From NCBI GenBank assembly GCA_040879645.1, contig JBBDJY010000001.1, forward strand, positions 1-54,568: DNA of 54,568 nucleotides, given 5' to 3'. Shown here one piece after another: positions 47,234-54,568 of the stretch (the stretch's first letter is position 1; every line of letters begins with the position of its first letter). This DNA is from Minisyncoccota bacterium. GTDB taxonomy: Bacteria > Patescibacteriota > Minisyncoccia > Phycocordibacterales > XYD1-FULL-46-19. Made by a program: the position numbers and the translations under genes. The notes beneath the pieces are model-generated. The model searched no databases. It saw only the letters and a program-made list of their open reading frames with translations, and was not told the DNA's origin.

Positions 47234-47994
47234 TACCAAACAAAATTAAAAAAGGGAATTTTAAGAAATTTATTCTACAAATAAGGAATGTATTTAATCT
47301 GGAAATAAGGAGAAATAAAGAGATAATCAAGATATGCTCCCCTTATTCGATGATATCTGATTATTCTTTGTCTAGACTAATCTCATTGGTTGGAGTGGTA
47401 AACAAAGAAAAAATTTCAGGTGCTCTTGTTGAGTGTGGTGTCTGGAAAGGGGGAGCTTGTATGGCCATGGCTTTAGCTCAAATGAAATATTCTGAAGAAT
47501 ATAGAGATATTTGGCTTTACGACACATTTAATGGCATGACAATGCCGGCCTTAGAAAACGATGGATTAAAGGCAGAAAGAAAATATGAAGATATTAAGTC
47601 TGGAAAACATATTGATAGATACGATAAATGGCACAATCAATATAAATGGATCTATTGTCCAATAAATATAGTGAAAAAAAACATAAATTCAACGGATTAT
47701 CCTGTTGAAAAATTAAAATTTATAAAGGGTGATATTAATAAAACTCTTGATAGCACGACTCCATCTAAAATAGCTATTTTGCGTCTTGACACCGATTGGT
47801 ATCAGAGCACGAAAAAAGAATTAGACACTCTATCACCAATGCTTTCAGTAGGTGGTTTTATTATTATTGATGACTATTATGCTTGGCAAGGATCAAAAAA
47901 AGCGACAGATGAGTTTTTAGCTGAAAATCCAACTGCTTTTAAGATTGTTGACAAATGTGCTCCGGAACCCTTAATATTAAGGAAGATTCTCTAA
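47200..47994 (+). CDS. TylF/MycF/NovP-family O-methyltransferase
   Basis: VECGVWKGG, YDTF.GM, LRLDTDWYQST, IDDY. Confidence 0.92.
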   Translation: MEKIKQDTQNLIPNKIKKGNFKKFILQIRNVFNLEIRRNKEIIKICSPYSMISDYSLSRLISLVGVVNKEKISGALVECGVWKGGACMAMALAQMKYSEEYRDIWLYDTFNGMTMPALENDGLKAERKYEDIKSGKHIDRYDKWHNQYKWIYCPINIVKKNINSTDYPVEKLKFIKGDINKTLDSTTPSKIAILRLDTDWYQSTKKELDTLSPMLSVGGFIIIDDYYAWQGSKKATDEFLAENPTAFKIVDKCAPEPLILRKIL

Positions 47995-48007
47995 GAAAGG
48001 AGGTGTC

Positions 48008-48556
48008 ATGAAAAGGCATATTGAAGTTGAGTACAGGGCGCGTTTCTCTAAGGATGAATACAGCCGGCTTTTGTCTATTCTGGAGGAAGAAGGGAAAGAC
48101 CTTGGGCCAGATGACAAACATGTTTACTTCTTCATCCTTCCAGATAAACTCTTGAAAGTGACGGACAATGTCTCTCAAAACACTGCTAAAATCACTGGAA
48201 AGTTGACCAGGATTGGGGAAGGTAGTAGTTTTGAAGAAATTGAATTTTCTATTGCCAGAGAAGATGTTGCTATGGCTGTCCTACTCTTTCAGAAGTTTGG
48301 TTTTACTGATGTTCATCGTTCGTTTCAAAGCCGCCACAACTTCTGGTATCATGGTGTTGAAATTGCCCTGAAATATAGCGATATGTGGGGGTATCATGCC
48401 GAACTGGAGATTGTGATTGGTGATGAGTCGGAAAAGAGTAGCGCCGATTTGCAAATTCACAACGTTGCTCAAGAACTTGGTATTATTCTCATGACCGAGA
48501 AAGAACTTAAAGATTTTGTCCAAGAGAAAGAGTTAGAGATCAAGTCAAGCCATTAA
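48008..48556 (+). CDS. CYTH domain protein, copy 2
   Basis: EVEYR, LGPDDK, DKLLKVTDN, HAELE; SD AAGGAGGT. Confidence 0.85.
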   Translation: MKRHIEVEYRARFSKDEYSRLLSILEEEGKDLGPDDKHVYFFILPDKLLKVTDNVSQNTAKITGKLTRIGEGSSFEEIEFSIAREDVAMAVLLFQKFGFTDVHRSFQSRHNFWYHGVEIALKYSDMWGYHAELEIVIGDESEKSSADLQIHNVAQELGIILMTEKELKDFVQEKELEIKSSH

Positions 48557-48636
48557 GTCGCGTTATCTGCTATAGGCGGATCACGCGGCTTTTTAAAAAT
48601 TAAAAAACCCTGTCTCGTTAGATAACGAAACAGGGT
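48555..48636. terminator. Two hairpins between convergent genes
   Basis: AAGTCGCGT..ACGCGGCTT+TTT and ACCCTGTCTCGTTA-ga-TAACGAAACAGGGT. Confidence 0.65.
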
Positions 48637-48655
48637 CGTGCCACAAACTAATGGG

Positions 48656-48937
48656 TTAGAGCTTGAGGGGCTGCAATCGATCCCTCACCACATCCTGGTG
48701 GATGAGTTCGGGGAGAGCAATCCCCTCGATGACCACATTGCGCGCTGAGCATTCTTCCATTGTCTCCATCTGACACTTGTCAAACAAGGCGACAGCTTCG
48801 CGACCGTACCGGATCGCTTCTTCGCTATTGCCTGCCCGCTTGTGGATTACAGCGAGAACATAGGCGTGTTCAGCCGCGTTGCGAGGGTCCACTTCGCTTA
48901 GTGAGGCGAGGGACTGTTCGAGGGCCGCGTATTGCAT
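48656..48937 (-). CDS. Hypothetical helical (TPR-like) protein, 93 aa
   Basis: SD GAGGA before ATG 48937; AYVLA..G..EEA..Y...A pattern. Confidence 0.65.
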   Translation of the reverse strand: MQYAALEQSLASLSEVDPRNAAEHAYVLAVIHKRAGNSEEAIRYGREAVALFDKCQMETMEECSARNVVIEGIALPELIHQDVVRDRLQPLKL

Positions 48938-48956
48938 GATGTTTCCTCTCTCTGTT

Positions 48957-49583
48957 TTAGTGATTATTGGATTCTCCGAGGACAAAATGAACAAAGTCAT
49001 CCGCCCTCTCCCATGTCACCAGTTCATTTGGGCTAAACCAGTTCGCGATTTCCTGCTCTGCTTCTTCGATTGTACCAGAAGCGTGAACAAGATTCTTGCA
49101 AGCGCTTCCCGCCACATTCGCCAGGTCTGGTGCGTTGATGGAGAAATCTCCGCGGATCGTGCCAGGTGTTGCTTTGTATGGCAGGGTGTGTCCGATAAGC
49201 TTTCTCACTGTGTCAACAGAGTGAATGCCTTCAAGCACTATTGCCATCACTGGACCGAGCATCAAATAATGGTAGTTCCATTCTTTGATCTTGTGTCCAA
49301 TGGTAAGTGCGTCGGCGGTACCAAGAATCTCAATCGGATCCATGTTGTACTCTCGGTACGTCTCGAGAGTTTTCTCACCCATTCCCCGAATCCATTCCTT
49401 GGATTTAGGAAAGTGGCCATCCAACAATCCTTTAGTTGGAAGAACCATCTTGCATGCTACGATCTTGAGGCCTACCTGCTCGAATCGCTGACAAATGACA
49501 CCCATGAGGCCTCGCGTGATCGCATCAGGCTTGATGAGTACAAATGTTCGCTCCCCCATCATCTTTTGTAAGAGTTTCTTCAC
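48957..49583 (-). CDS. ndk: Second nucleoside diphosphate kinase (long form)
   Basis: LIKPDA, PGTIRGDF, NLVHASG; SD AAAGGAGGT before GTG. Confidence 0.93.
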   Translation of the reverse strand: MKKLLQKMMGERTFVLIKPDAITRGLMGVICQRFEQVGLKIVACKMVLPTKGLLDGHFPKSKEWIRGMGEKTLETYREYNMDPIEILGTADALTIGHKIKEWNYHYLMLGPVMAIVLEGIHSVDTVRKLIGHTLPYKATPGTIRGDFSINAPDLANVAGSACKNLVHASGTIEEAEQEIANWFSPNELVTWERADDFVHFVLGESNNH

Positions 49584-49696
49584 CTACTATACCTCCTTTG
49601 TGAATGTACTGTTTAAGAAACCGACAACCGATTTCTTCTAATAGAATCCTACCATATTTTATTAAGGTATGCAAGGGTTGTACTTGAATTCAATAT

Positions 49697-49725
49697 TTGG
49701 CAAAAAAACCGACTTTGTATATAAT
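49697..49725 (+). promoter_or_regulatory. sigma70 promoter of the ncRNA
   Basis: TTGGCA-N17-TATAAT. Confidence 0.75.
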
Positions 49726-49731
49726 AAGGAC

Positions 49732-49855
49732 AGGCTGCTTGGGGTATTATCTAGATCAAATAATGTCTTACGGGAGTTCTATATTGCCGTATGCCGTGGC
49801 ATAGGGTTGCGGACACCCACCTAGTTCAGGCTAGGTAAGACACTCTGAGCAGCCT
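49732..49855 (+). ncRNA. ssrS: Structured ncRNA, probable compact 6S RNA
   Basis: Ends pair over 13 bp; internal GGGAGTTC/GGACACCC stem; CACCCACCT-hairpin; own promoter and terminator; no ORF. Confidence 0.55.
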
Positions 49856-49856
49856 A

Positions 49857-49890
49857 AAATAAACCCCACCGGCCGGTGGGATTTATTTTT
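49857..49890 (+). terminator. Rho-independent terminator
   Basis: AAATAAA-CCCACC-ggcc-GGTGGG-TTTATTTTT. Confidence 0.7.
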
Positions 49891-49901
49891 AACAAATATT
49901 A

Positions 49902-50366
49902 ATGTATCGAAATAAATACATCATCACTGCCGTTGTTAGTTTGGCTACTTTATTAGCCGTTCTTAATTTTTTTGCTTTCCAATATTTTTGGTATTGGCGC
50001 TTTGCTTATTTTGACCTGGGGATGCATTTTTTGGGCGGTCTATTGATTGGTTTTATAAGTGTGATTATCTACACTGCTTGGCGGCCGGACTCTTTGATCT
50101 TTCGTCAATTGGCCGTTATGGCGGTCGCTGTCGTTTTAGTGGCCGGCGGGTTTTGGGAAATTTTCGAATTCAGTATAGATACTTATTGGGCGGCCCATGT
50201 TAATATTAAATCATTCCAAGTTTTGCAATCCGGCTTGACCGATACCCTGTCTGATCTTTTATTTGATGCGATTGGCGGTTTAACGGCTGCCGTTTTAATT
50301 AATCGTTTTTATTACCACCGAAAATTTTTAAGTCATCAGATTAGTTATGAAAAAGGAAATCAATAA
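49902..50366 (+). CDS. Membrane protein (VanZ/DUF2238-like)
   Basis: 4 TM; D..MHFLGG, WEIFE, DTLSDL..D..G. Confidence 0.75.
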   Translation: MYRNKYIITAVVSLATLLAVLNFFAFQYFWYWRFAYFDLGMHFLGGLLIGFISVIIYTAWRPDSLIFRQLAVMAVAVVLVAGGFWEIFEFSIDTYWAAHVNIKSFQVLQSGLTDTLSDLLFDAIGGLTAAVLINRFYYHRKFLSHQISYEKGNQ

Positions 50367-51753
50367 ATCAGAGTCGGGGAATAAGCTCAAACTGTCGTTT
50401 TTTGGCGGCGCCGAATCGGTGACCGGTGCTAATTTTATGCTTCAATCTTTTGACCCTGACGCCAAGACGATTTTAGTGGATTGTGGCTTGCATCAAGGGA
50501 GTAAGGTTTGCGATGATGCCAACCGACTGGATTTTGCCTATGATCCCAAGACAGTCGATGTGTTATTTGTTACTCATGCTCATTTGGATCATATCGGCCG
50601 GATTCCCAAATTGGTGCGCGACGGTTTCCGGGGGGTTATTTATTCCACGCCACCGACTAAAGATATGGCCCAATTGTCTTTAATCGACAGTTTAGGGGTA
50701 ATGGAAAAAGAATCTCGGCATGATAATCAAGAAATTTTTTATGAAGAAGAAGATGTTAAACAGGCGATGTCTTTATGGCAAACCCTTGATTATCACCAAC
50801 CTTTGGCGATTGGTGAATTTACCGCGGTTTTGCGTGATGCCGGTCATATCCTCGGTTCGGCGATGGTGGAATTAACCTATGCGCGTAAAAAAATCGTTTT
50901 TACCGGCGACTTGGGTAATTCGCCGGCGCCGTTACTGCGCGATACCGAGGCCGTCTCTGATGCCGATTATTTGATTATGGAAAGTGTCTATGGCGACCGC
51001 AATCATGAAGAACGAGATGAACGCAAACACAAATTACGGCAAATTATCCATGACACGATGAAGGCCGGTGGGACTTTAATGGTGCCGGCTTTCTCGATTG
51101 AACGGACTCAAGAATTATTATTTGAAATCGAAAATATGATGGAAGCCGGTGAGATTCCCGAAGTGCCGGTCTTTTTGGATTCGCCATTGGCTATTGGTAT
51201 TACCGCTATTTACAAGCGGTACAAGAATTATCTTAATCGGAATGTTAATATGATTGATGTTTCTGGTGATGGGGTTTTCAAATTTCCTCATTTGCGCTTA
51301 ACCAAAAAAACCGCGGAGTCCAGGGCGATTAATAGTGTGCCGCCTCGGAAAATCATTATTGCCGGTTCGGGAATGTCTAATGGCGGACGAATTATCCATC
51401 ACGAAAAACGCTATTTACCCGATGCTAAAAACACCTTGCTGTTAATCGGCTATCAAGCCGCCGGCAGTTTGGGTCGACAATTATCCGATGGCGCGGGGAG
51501 TGTTAATATTTTAGGCGAAACGGTGTCGGTTAATGCTCGGATTGCCCAAGTTCGCGGTTATTCGGCGCATAAGGATTCGGATAATTTGCTGGAATTTGTT
51601 TCTCATTCGGCCGAGACGTTGAAAAAAGTTTTTGTCGTTATGGGCGAACCGAAATCATCACTCTTTCTCACCCAAAGAATCAGAGATTATCTCGGCTTGG
51701 ATGCGGTGGCGCCAAGTCTGGGAGCCGTTTATGATCTTGATTTGGAAGAATAG
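50347..51753 (+). CDS. MBL-fold beta-CASP ribonuclease
   Basis: THAHLDHIG, AGHILGS, FTGDLG, ESVYG, SAHKD. Confidence 0.93.
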   Translation: MKKEINKSESGNKLKLSFFGGAESVTGANFMLQSFDPDAKTILVDCGLHQGSKVCDDANRLDFAYDPKTVDVLFVTHAHLDHIGRIPKLVRDGFRGVIYSTPPTKDMAQLSLIDSLGVMEKESRHDNQEIFYEEEDVKQAMSLWQTLDYHQPLAIGEFTAVLRDAGHILGSAMVELTYARKKIVFTGDLGNSPAPLLRDTEAVSDADYLIMESVYGDRNHEERDERKHKLRQIIHDTMKAGGTLMVPAFSIERTQELLFEIENMMEAGEIPEVPVFLDSPLAIGITAIYKRYKNYLNRNVNMIDVSGDGVFKFPHLRLTKKTAESRAINSVPPRKIIIAGSGMSNGGRIIHHEKRYLPDAKNTLLLIGYQAAGSLGRQLSDGAGSVNILGETVSVNARIAQVRGYSAHKDSDNLLEFVSHSAETLKKVFVVMGEPKSSLFLTQRIRDYLGLDAVAPSLGAVYDLDLEE

Positions 51754-51759
51754 ACAATC

Positions 51760-51794
51760 AAAAAACCGCCACTGGCTAGCGGTGGCGGTTTTTT
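51760..51794. terminator. Bidirectional terminator
   Basis: AAAAAACCGCCAC..GTGGCGGTTTTTT between convergent genes. Confidence 0.85.
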
Positions 51795-51809
51795 ATTTAC
51801 TCAACAAAA

Positions 51810-52160
51810 TTACTTTTGGCCGGTCGTTTCAACAATCCGAGTAAAGGTTTCCGGATTGTTTATTGCCATATCGGACAAAACTTTACGATCCAAAGCGATA
51901 TTTTTGATTTTTAAGAGGTTAATGAATTTACTGTAAGACAAACCCAAGGGTTTGACGGCGGCACCGATGCGGATATTCCACAACCGGCGGAAATCACGTT
52001 TTTTGGTTCGGCGGTGGGCATAGGCATGCTGGCCGGCACGGATAATCGCTTGCTTGGCCTCGCGTTCTTTGGTGCTGCGACCAAAGCGATAACCCTTGGC
52101 CTTTTTTAAGACATTGCGACGATGTTTCAAACTAATTGTCCCTCTTTTTACTCTAGGCAT
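51810..52160 (-). CDS. rplT: 50S ribosomal protein L20
   Basis: MPRVKRG, KRDFRRLW..RI, LDRKVLS. Confidence 0.98.
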   Translation of the reverse strand: MPRVKRGTISLKHRRNVLKKAKGYRFGRSTKEREAKQAIIRAGQHAYAHRRTKKRDFRRLWNIRIGAAVKPLGLSYSKFINLLKIKNIALDRKVLSDMAINNPETFTRIVETTGQK

Positions 52161-52161
52161 A

Positions 52162-52353
52162 TTAGCGGTGTTTTTTTGATATAAAGCGACTTAATTTTTG
52201 GGCCGGTAACGGAAATTCGGCCAATTGCTTTCCGGCCAATTGTTTAACTCGCGTTTTCTTGGCTCGAAAGTGATTCTTATTACCTTGGCGCGACAACGCT
52301 CGGCCGTCGGCCGTCATTTTTAATCTTTTGGTGAATGATTTATTGGTTTTCAT
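52162..52353 (-). CDS. rpmI: 50S ribosomal protein L35
   Basis: MKTNKS..KR.K.T..G, NH; between infC and rplT. Confidence 0.9.
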   Translation of the reverse strand: MKTNKSFTKRLKMTADGRALSRQGNKNHFRAKKTRVKQLAGKQLAEFPLPAQKLSRFISKKHR

Positions 52354-52885
52354 TTTTTTCTTTTGTTTCTTTACCACCCGCTCGATCGATAATCAAATAC
52401 AAGCCCTTGGGATTTTTTCGAGCCGGTTCGGCTATTTTGTAATCACCGGGGATGAGGTTTAACAACCTCTCCAACCGTTCTTGCAAAAAATCTTTTTCAA
52501 AATACTTGGCTCGACCGGGAAGAAACAATTCAATTTTGACCCGATGGCCGTCGGCGATAAATTTGCCGGCTCGTTCGGCCTTAAGCCGCAAATCGTGGTC
52601 GCCGGTACCGATTTTAACCTGAATGGACTTGGTTTCAGTAGCGTGACTGCCGGCCTTGGCTTGCTTTTGTTTCTGTTTTTCCAGATACCGATACTTACCA
52701 TAATCCATGATTTTGGCCACCGGCGGCTTGGCCGTCGGGGCAATCTCGATTAAATCAAGGCCGGTTTCTTTGGCAACAGCCAAGGCCTTTTCTCTGGTTA
52801 AAACACCGAGACTGCCGCCTTGGTCGTCAATGACCCGGAGATCCCTAGCCATAATCTGTTCATTTATACGAACGGTATTTTTCAA
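52340..52885 (-). CDS. infC: Translation initiation factor IF-3 (non-AUG start)
   Basis: RINEQI, LDLIEIAP, PPVAKIMDYGKY; TTG start (in-frame ATT 5 codons upstream). Confidence 0.97.
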   Translation of the reverse strand: MKNTVRINEQIMARDLRVIDDQGGSLGVLTREKALAVAKETGLDLIEIAPTAKPPVAKIMDYGKYRYLEKQKQKQAKAGSHATETKSIQVKIGTGDHDLRLKAERAGKFIADGHRVKIELFLPGRAKYFEKDFLQERLERLLNLIPGDYKIAEPARKNPKGLYLIIDRAGGKETKEKNENQ

Positions 52886-53023
52886 ATTAAACCTGCAAAT
52901 TAATAGCCCTATCGGGCAATGTTATGTTGTCATCATAGTCTAAATCTGTCCGGAAGTCAATCACTTGCCGGCCTACTCTCGTTAGGCCGTGTCTGCCGGC
53001 TTGTCGTATGCTAAAATACGGCT

Positions 53024-53476
53024 ATGAGTGATTTAGTAAGTAATAAAAAGGCCCGATTTGACTATGAATTACTGGATCAATATGAAGCCGGTATTGAATT
53101 GACGGGCCGAGAAGTCAAATCTCTGAAAAACGGCCAGGGGTCGCTTTTGGGTGCTCATATCATCATCCGGGGCGGCGAGGCCTTCTTGGTTGGCACCACT
53201 ATTCCACCCTATCAACCGGCCAATAATGCCGATACCTATGATCCGGCCCGCCCTCGACGCGTCCTCTTAACCAAAAAAGAGCTGGCGACTTTGGCCGGCC
53301 AAGAAAAGACCAAGGGATTGACAATTGTGCCATTGTCAGTGTATAGTAAAGGCAAGAAAGTTAAGCTTCGTTTGGCGGTGGTTAAGGGTAAGAAAAAATA
53401 CGACAAAAGAGAAACGCTGAAAAAGAAAGATGCCAAGCGGGAAATCGAACGGACTTTGAAAAGAGAATATCGTTAA
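53024..53476 (+). CDS. smpB: SsrA-binding protein
   Basis: NKKARFDY, EAGIELTG.EVKS, GKKKYDKRE. Confidence 0.98.
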   Translation: MSDLVSNKKARFDYELLDQYEAGIELTGREVKSLKNGQGSLLGAHIIIRGGEAFLVGTTIPPYQPANNADTYDPARPRRVLLTKKELATLAGQEKTKGLTIVPLSVYSKGKKVKLRLAVVKGKKKYDKRETLKKKDAKREIERTLKREYR

Positions 53477-53478
53477 TT

Positions 53479-53865
53479 GGGGATGATCGGCCTAGACAAG
53501 CGGTCATGTTTTCCAGATGCATACCGAGATTCCGAGGATTCTCGTAAATCACCCTCGGGCACCAATAAGTGCAAAATCTGAACAAGGAGTAGCATCTCCT
53601 TACACTCCGGCTTTCGCTTTAGCCTAAGCCGGCATCTCAACCCCTGATGTCTGATAGGGGAGGCGAGGTGTCATAATCATCAGACTGGAGTCGTTTTTCG
53701 CTTCAAGAACGGCTTGAGACCAAAGAAGCTCGGCCCAGGCGGCTTTTGTTTATTTAATACCGTCTTGGCTTAAACCGCGCTTGCGCGGAAACTAAATAAA
53801 CTAAGTATGTAGAATTATGGAAACCATTCGTTTGCACGCGGGTTCGATTCCCGCCATCTCCACCA
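53479..53865 (+). ncRNA. ssrA: tmRNA
   Basis: GGGGATG/CATCTCCACCA acceptor with G3-U; T-arm GGTTCGATTCC; tag frame AKSEQGVASPYTPAFALA* at 53571-53627; next to smpB. Confidence 0.96.
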
Positions 53866-53869
53866 GCGC

Positions 53870-53902
53870 ACACCCCGGAAGCGAAAGCTTCCGGGGTGTT
53901 TT
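53870..53902 (+). terminator. Terminator after tmRNA
   Basis: ACACCCCGGAAGC-gaaa-GCTTCCGGGGTGT then TTT. Confidence 0.8.
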
Positions 53903-54043
53903 GCGATGGTGAGAGGTGGCGGGAAGCGAAAGCCGGAGGCGCGAAGCCGATTGCGGAGCAATCGTCGCCGAGGCGGGGTCGAGAACACTTAGTAGAATTT
54001 GAGCGAGCTAGCGAGCGATAAATTATACTTAGTGATTCGTGAC

Positions 54044-54062
54044 CGATTCCCGCCATCTCCAC
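54044..54062 (+). repeat. 19-bp direct repeat of the tmRNA 3' end (att-like)
   Basis: CGATTCCCGCCATCTCCAC identical to 53845-53863. Confidence 0.85.
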
Positions 54063-54341
54063 AAAACTGAACTTCTTGCGCTGAAAGCACAAGGAGGCCG
54101 CGCGTCGTGTGCGTGGTGATTCTGCGCCTCGTCCGCGCTCGACAAGTTCGCGTGTAACATTTCCTTACCTTTCAAAAAACGGCGGAGGGTGAAGTGGCCA
54201 CAAAAAAGTTGAAAGGAAATGTTGGTTTTGATTCCACCGCTTCATAACTGATTTACAAATGCTCATAAATTCGTTAGTATTTAGATATAAAGATTACATA
54301 CCATATATTATATTCTTTGTATTAAATTATACAATACCATT

Positions 54342-54536
54342 ATGAGCATCGCGAGTAATTTAAAGAAGATTCGTGCCGAAAAGGGTTATTCTCTCGAAAA
54401 GGTCGCCCGCCTTGCAGATTTGTCATTGAGTACGGTTGTAAAGGTCGAGGACGGCACGAACCAAAATCCAACCATTGATACTCTTTCCAAAATAGCGAAA
54501 GCGTTGGAGGTTTCTGTTGATGATTTGATAAACTAG
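54342..54536 (+). CDS. XRE-family HTH regulator (C-protein-like)
   Basis: NLKKIR..G.S...A......VE.G..NPTI.TL.KIA.AL; TACAAT 6 nt before ATG. Confidence 0.9.
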   Translation: MSIASNLKKIRAEKGYSLEKVARLADLSLSTVVKVEDGTNQNPTIDTLSKIAKALEVSVDDLIN

Positions 54537-54539
54537 CGT

Positions 54540-54568
54540 ATGAAAAAAATCATAAAATCCAATACATC
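54540..54568 (+). CDS. Start of the next island gene (truncated by the window)
   Basis: ATG 3 nt after the HTH stop; MKKIIKSNT open to the edge. Confidence 0.4.

Larger units (their letters stand above)
41830..49620. mobile_element. Horizontally acquired nucleotide-modification island (no integrase seen)
   Basis: Abrupt GC drop after ndk (line 42181: 12/60 GC vs line 41041: 32/60); loss of the host GCCGG-rich signature; boundaries approximate. Confidence 0.65.

Noticed and set aside
48879-49571. 230-aa plus-strand ORF
   Set aside because: Antisense shadow of the second ndk
49732-49855. Purine riboswitch or SRP RNA
   Set aside because: Lacks their conserved cores; closed rod with its own promoter and terminator
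53754-54092. 112-aa minus-strand ORF
   Set aside because: Antisense to tmRNA and its repeats
1-54568. rRNA, tRNA, transposase or integrase genes
   Set aside because: None recognisable; the only tRNA-like structure found is tmRNA

Overview
Chromosomal window of a Patescibacteria (CPR, Parcubacteria-like) bacterium; the lineage is inferred from the missing rpmD/L30 in the spc operon, the SD-less core genes and the type IV pilus locus. The backbone carries a pilB-pilC-pilin cluster, tpiA-pgk, recJ, rnhA, the str/S10/spc ribosomal superoperon (with a two-component system inserted between fusA and tuf), secY-adk-map-ndk, infC-rpmI-rplT and smpB-tmRNA. Accessory DNA: (i) an AT-rich glycan-modification cluster at about 1-4600; (ii) a decayed ATP-grasp RiPP (graspetide-like) locus with two zincin-like peptidases at about 4700-7660; (iii) an about 7.8 kb, mostly AT-rich nucleotide-modification island at about 41830-49620; (iv) the start of an island at the tmRNA 3' end. 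Island (iii) is the best candidate for an undescribed system. It encodes a thymidylate-synthase homolog with cytidylate/ribose (MilA-like) signature residues, two CYTH paralogs, a cytidine deaminase, a possible ADP-ribosyltransferase-fold protein, an NMP kinase, two methyltransferases, an HD protein and a second NDK. Also seen: an unannotated compact 6S-like RNA, in-frame 27-bp palindromic repeats in recJ, a dispersed GAGGTTTAACCTC palindrome family and many apparently leaderless genes. All calls come from reading motifs by eye; no searches were run.
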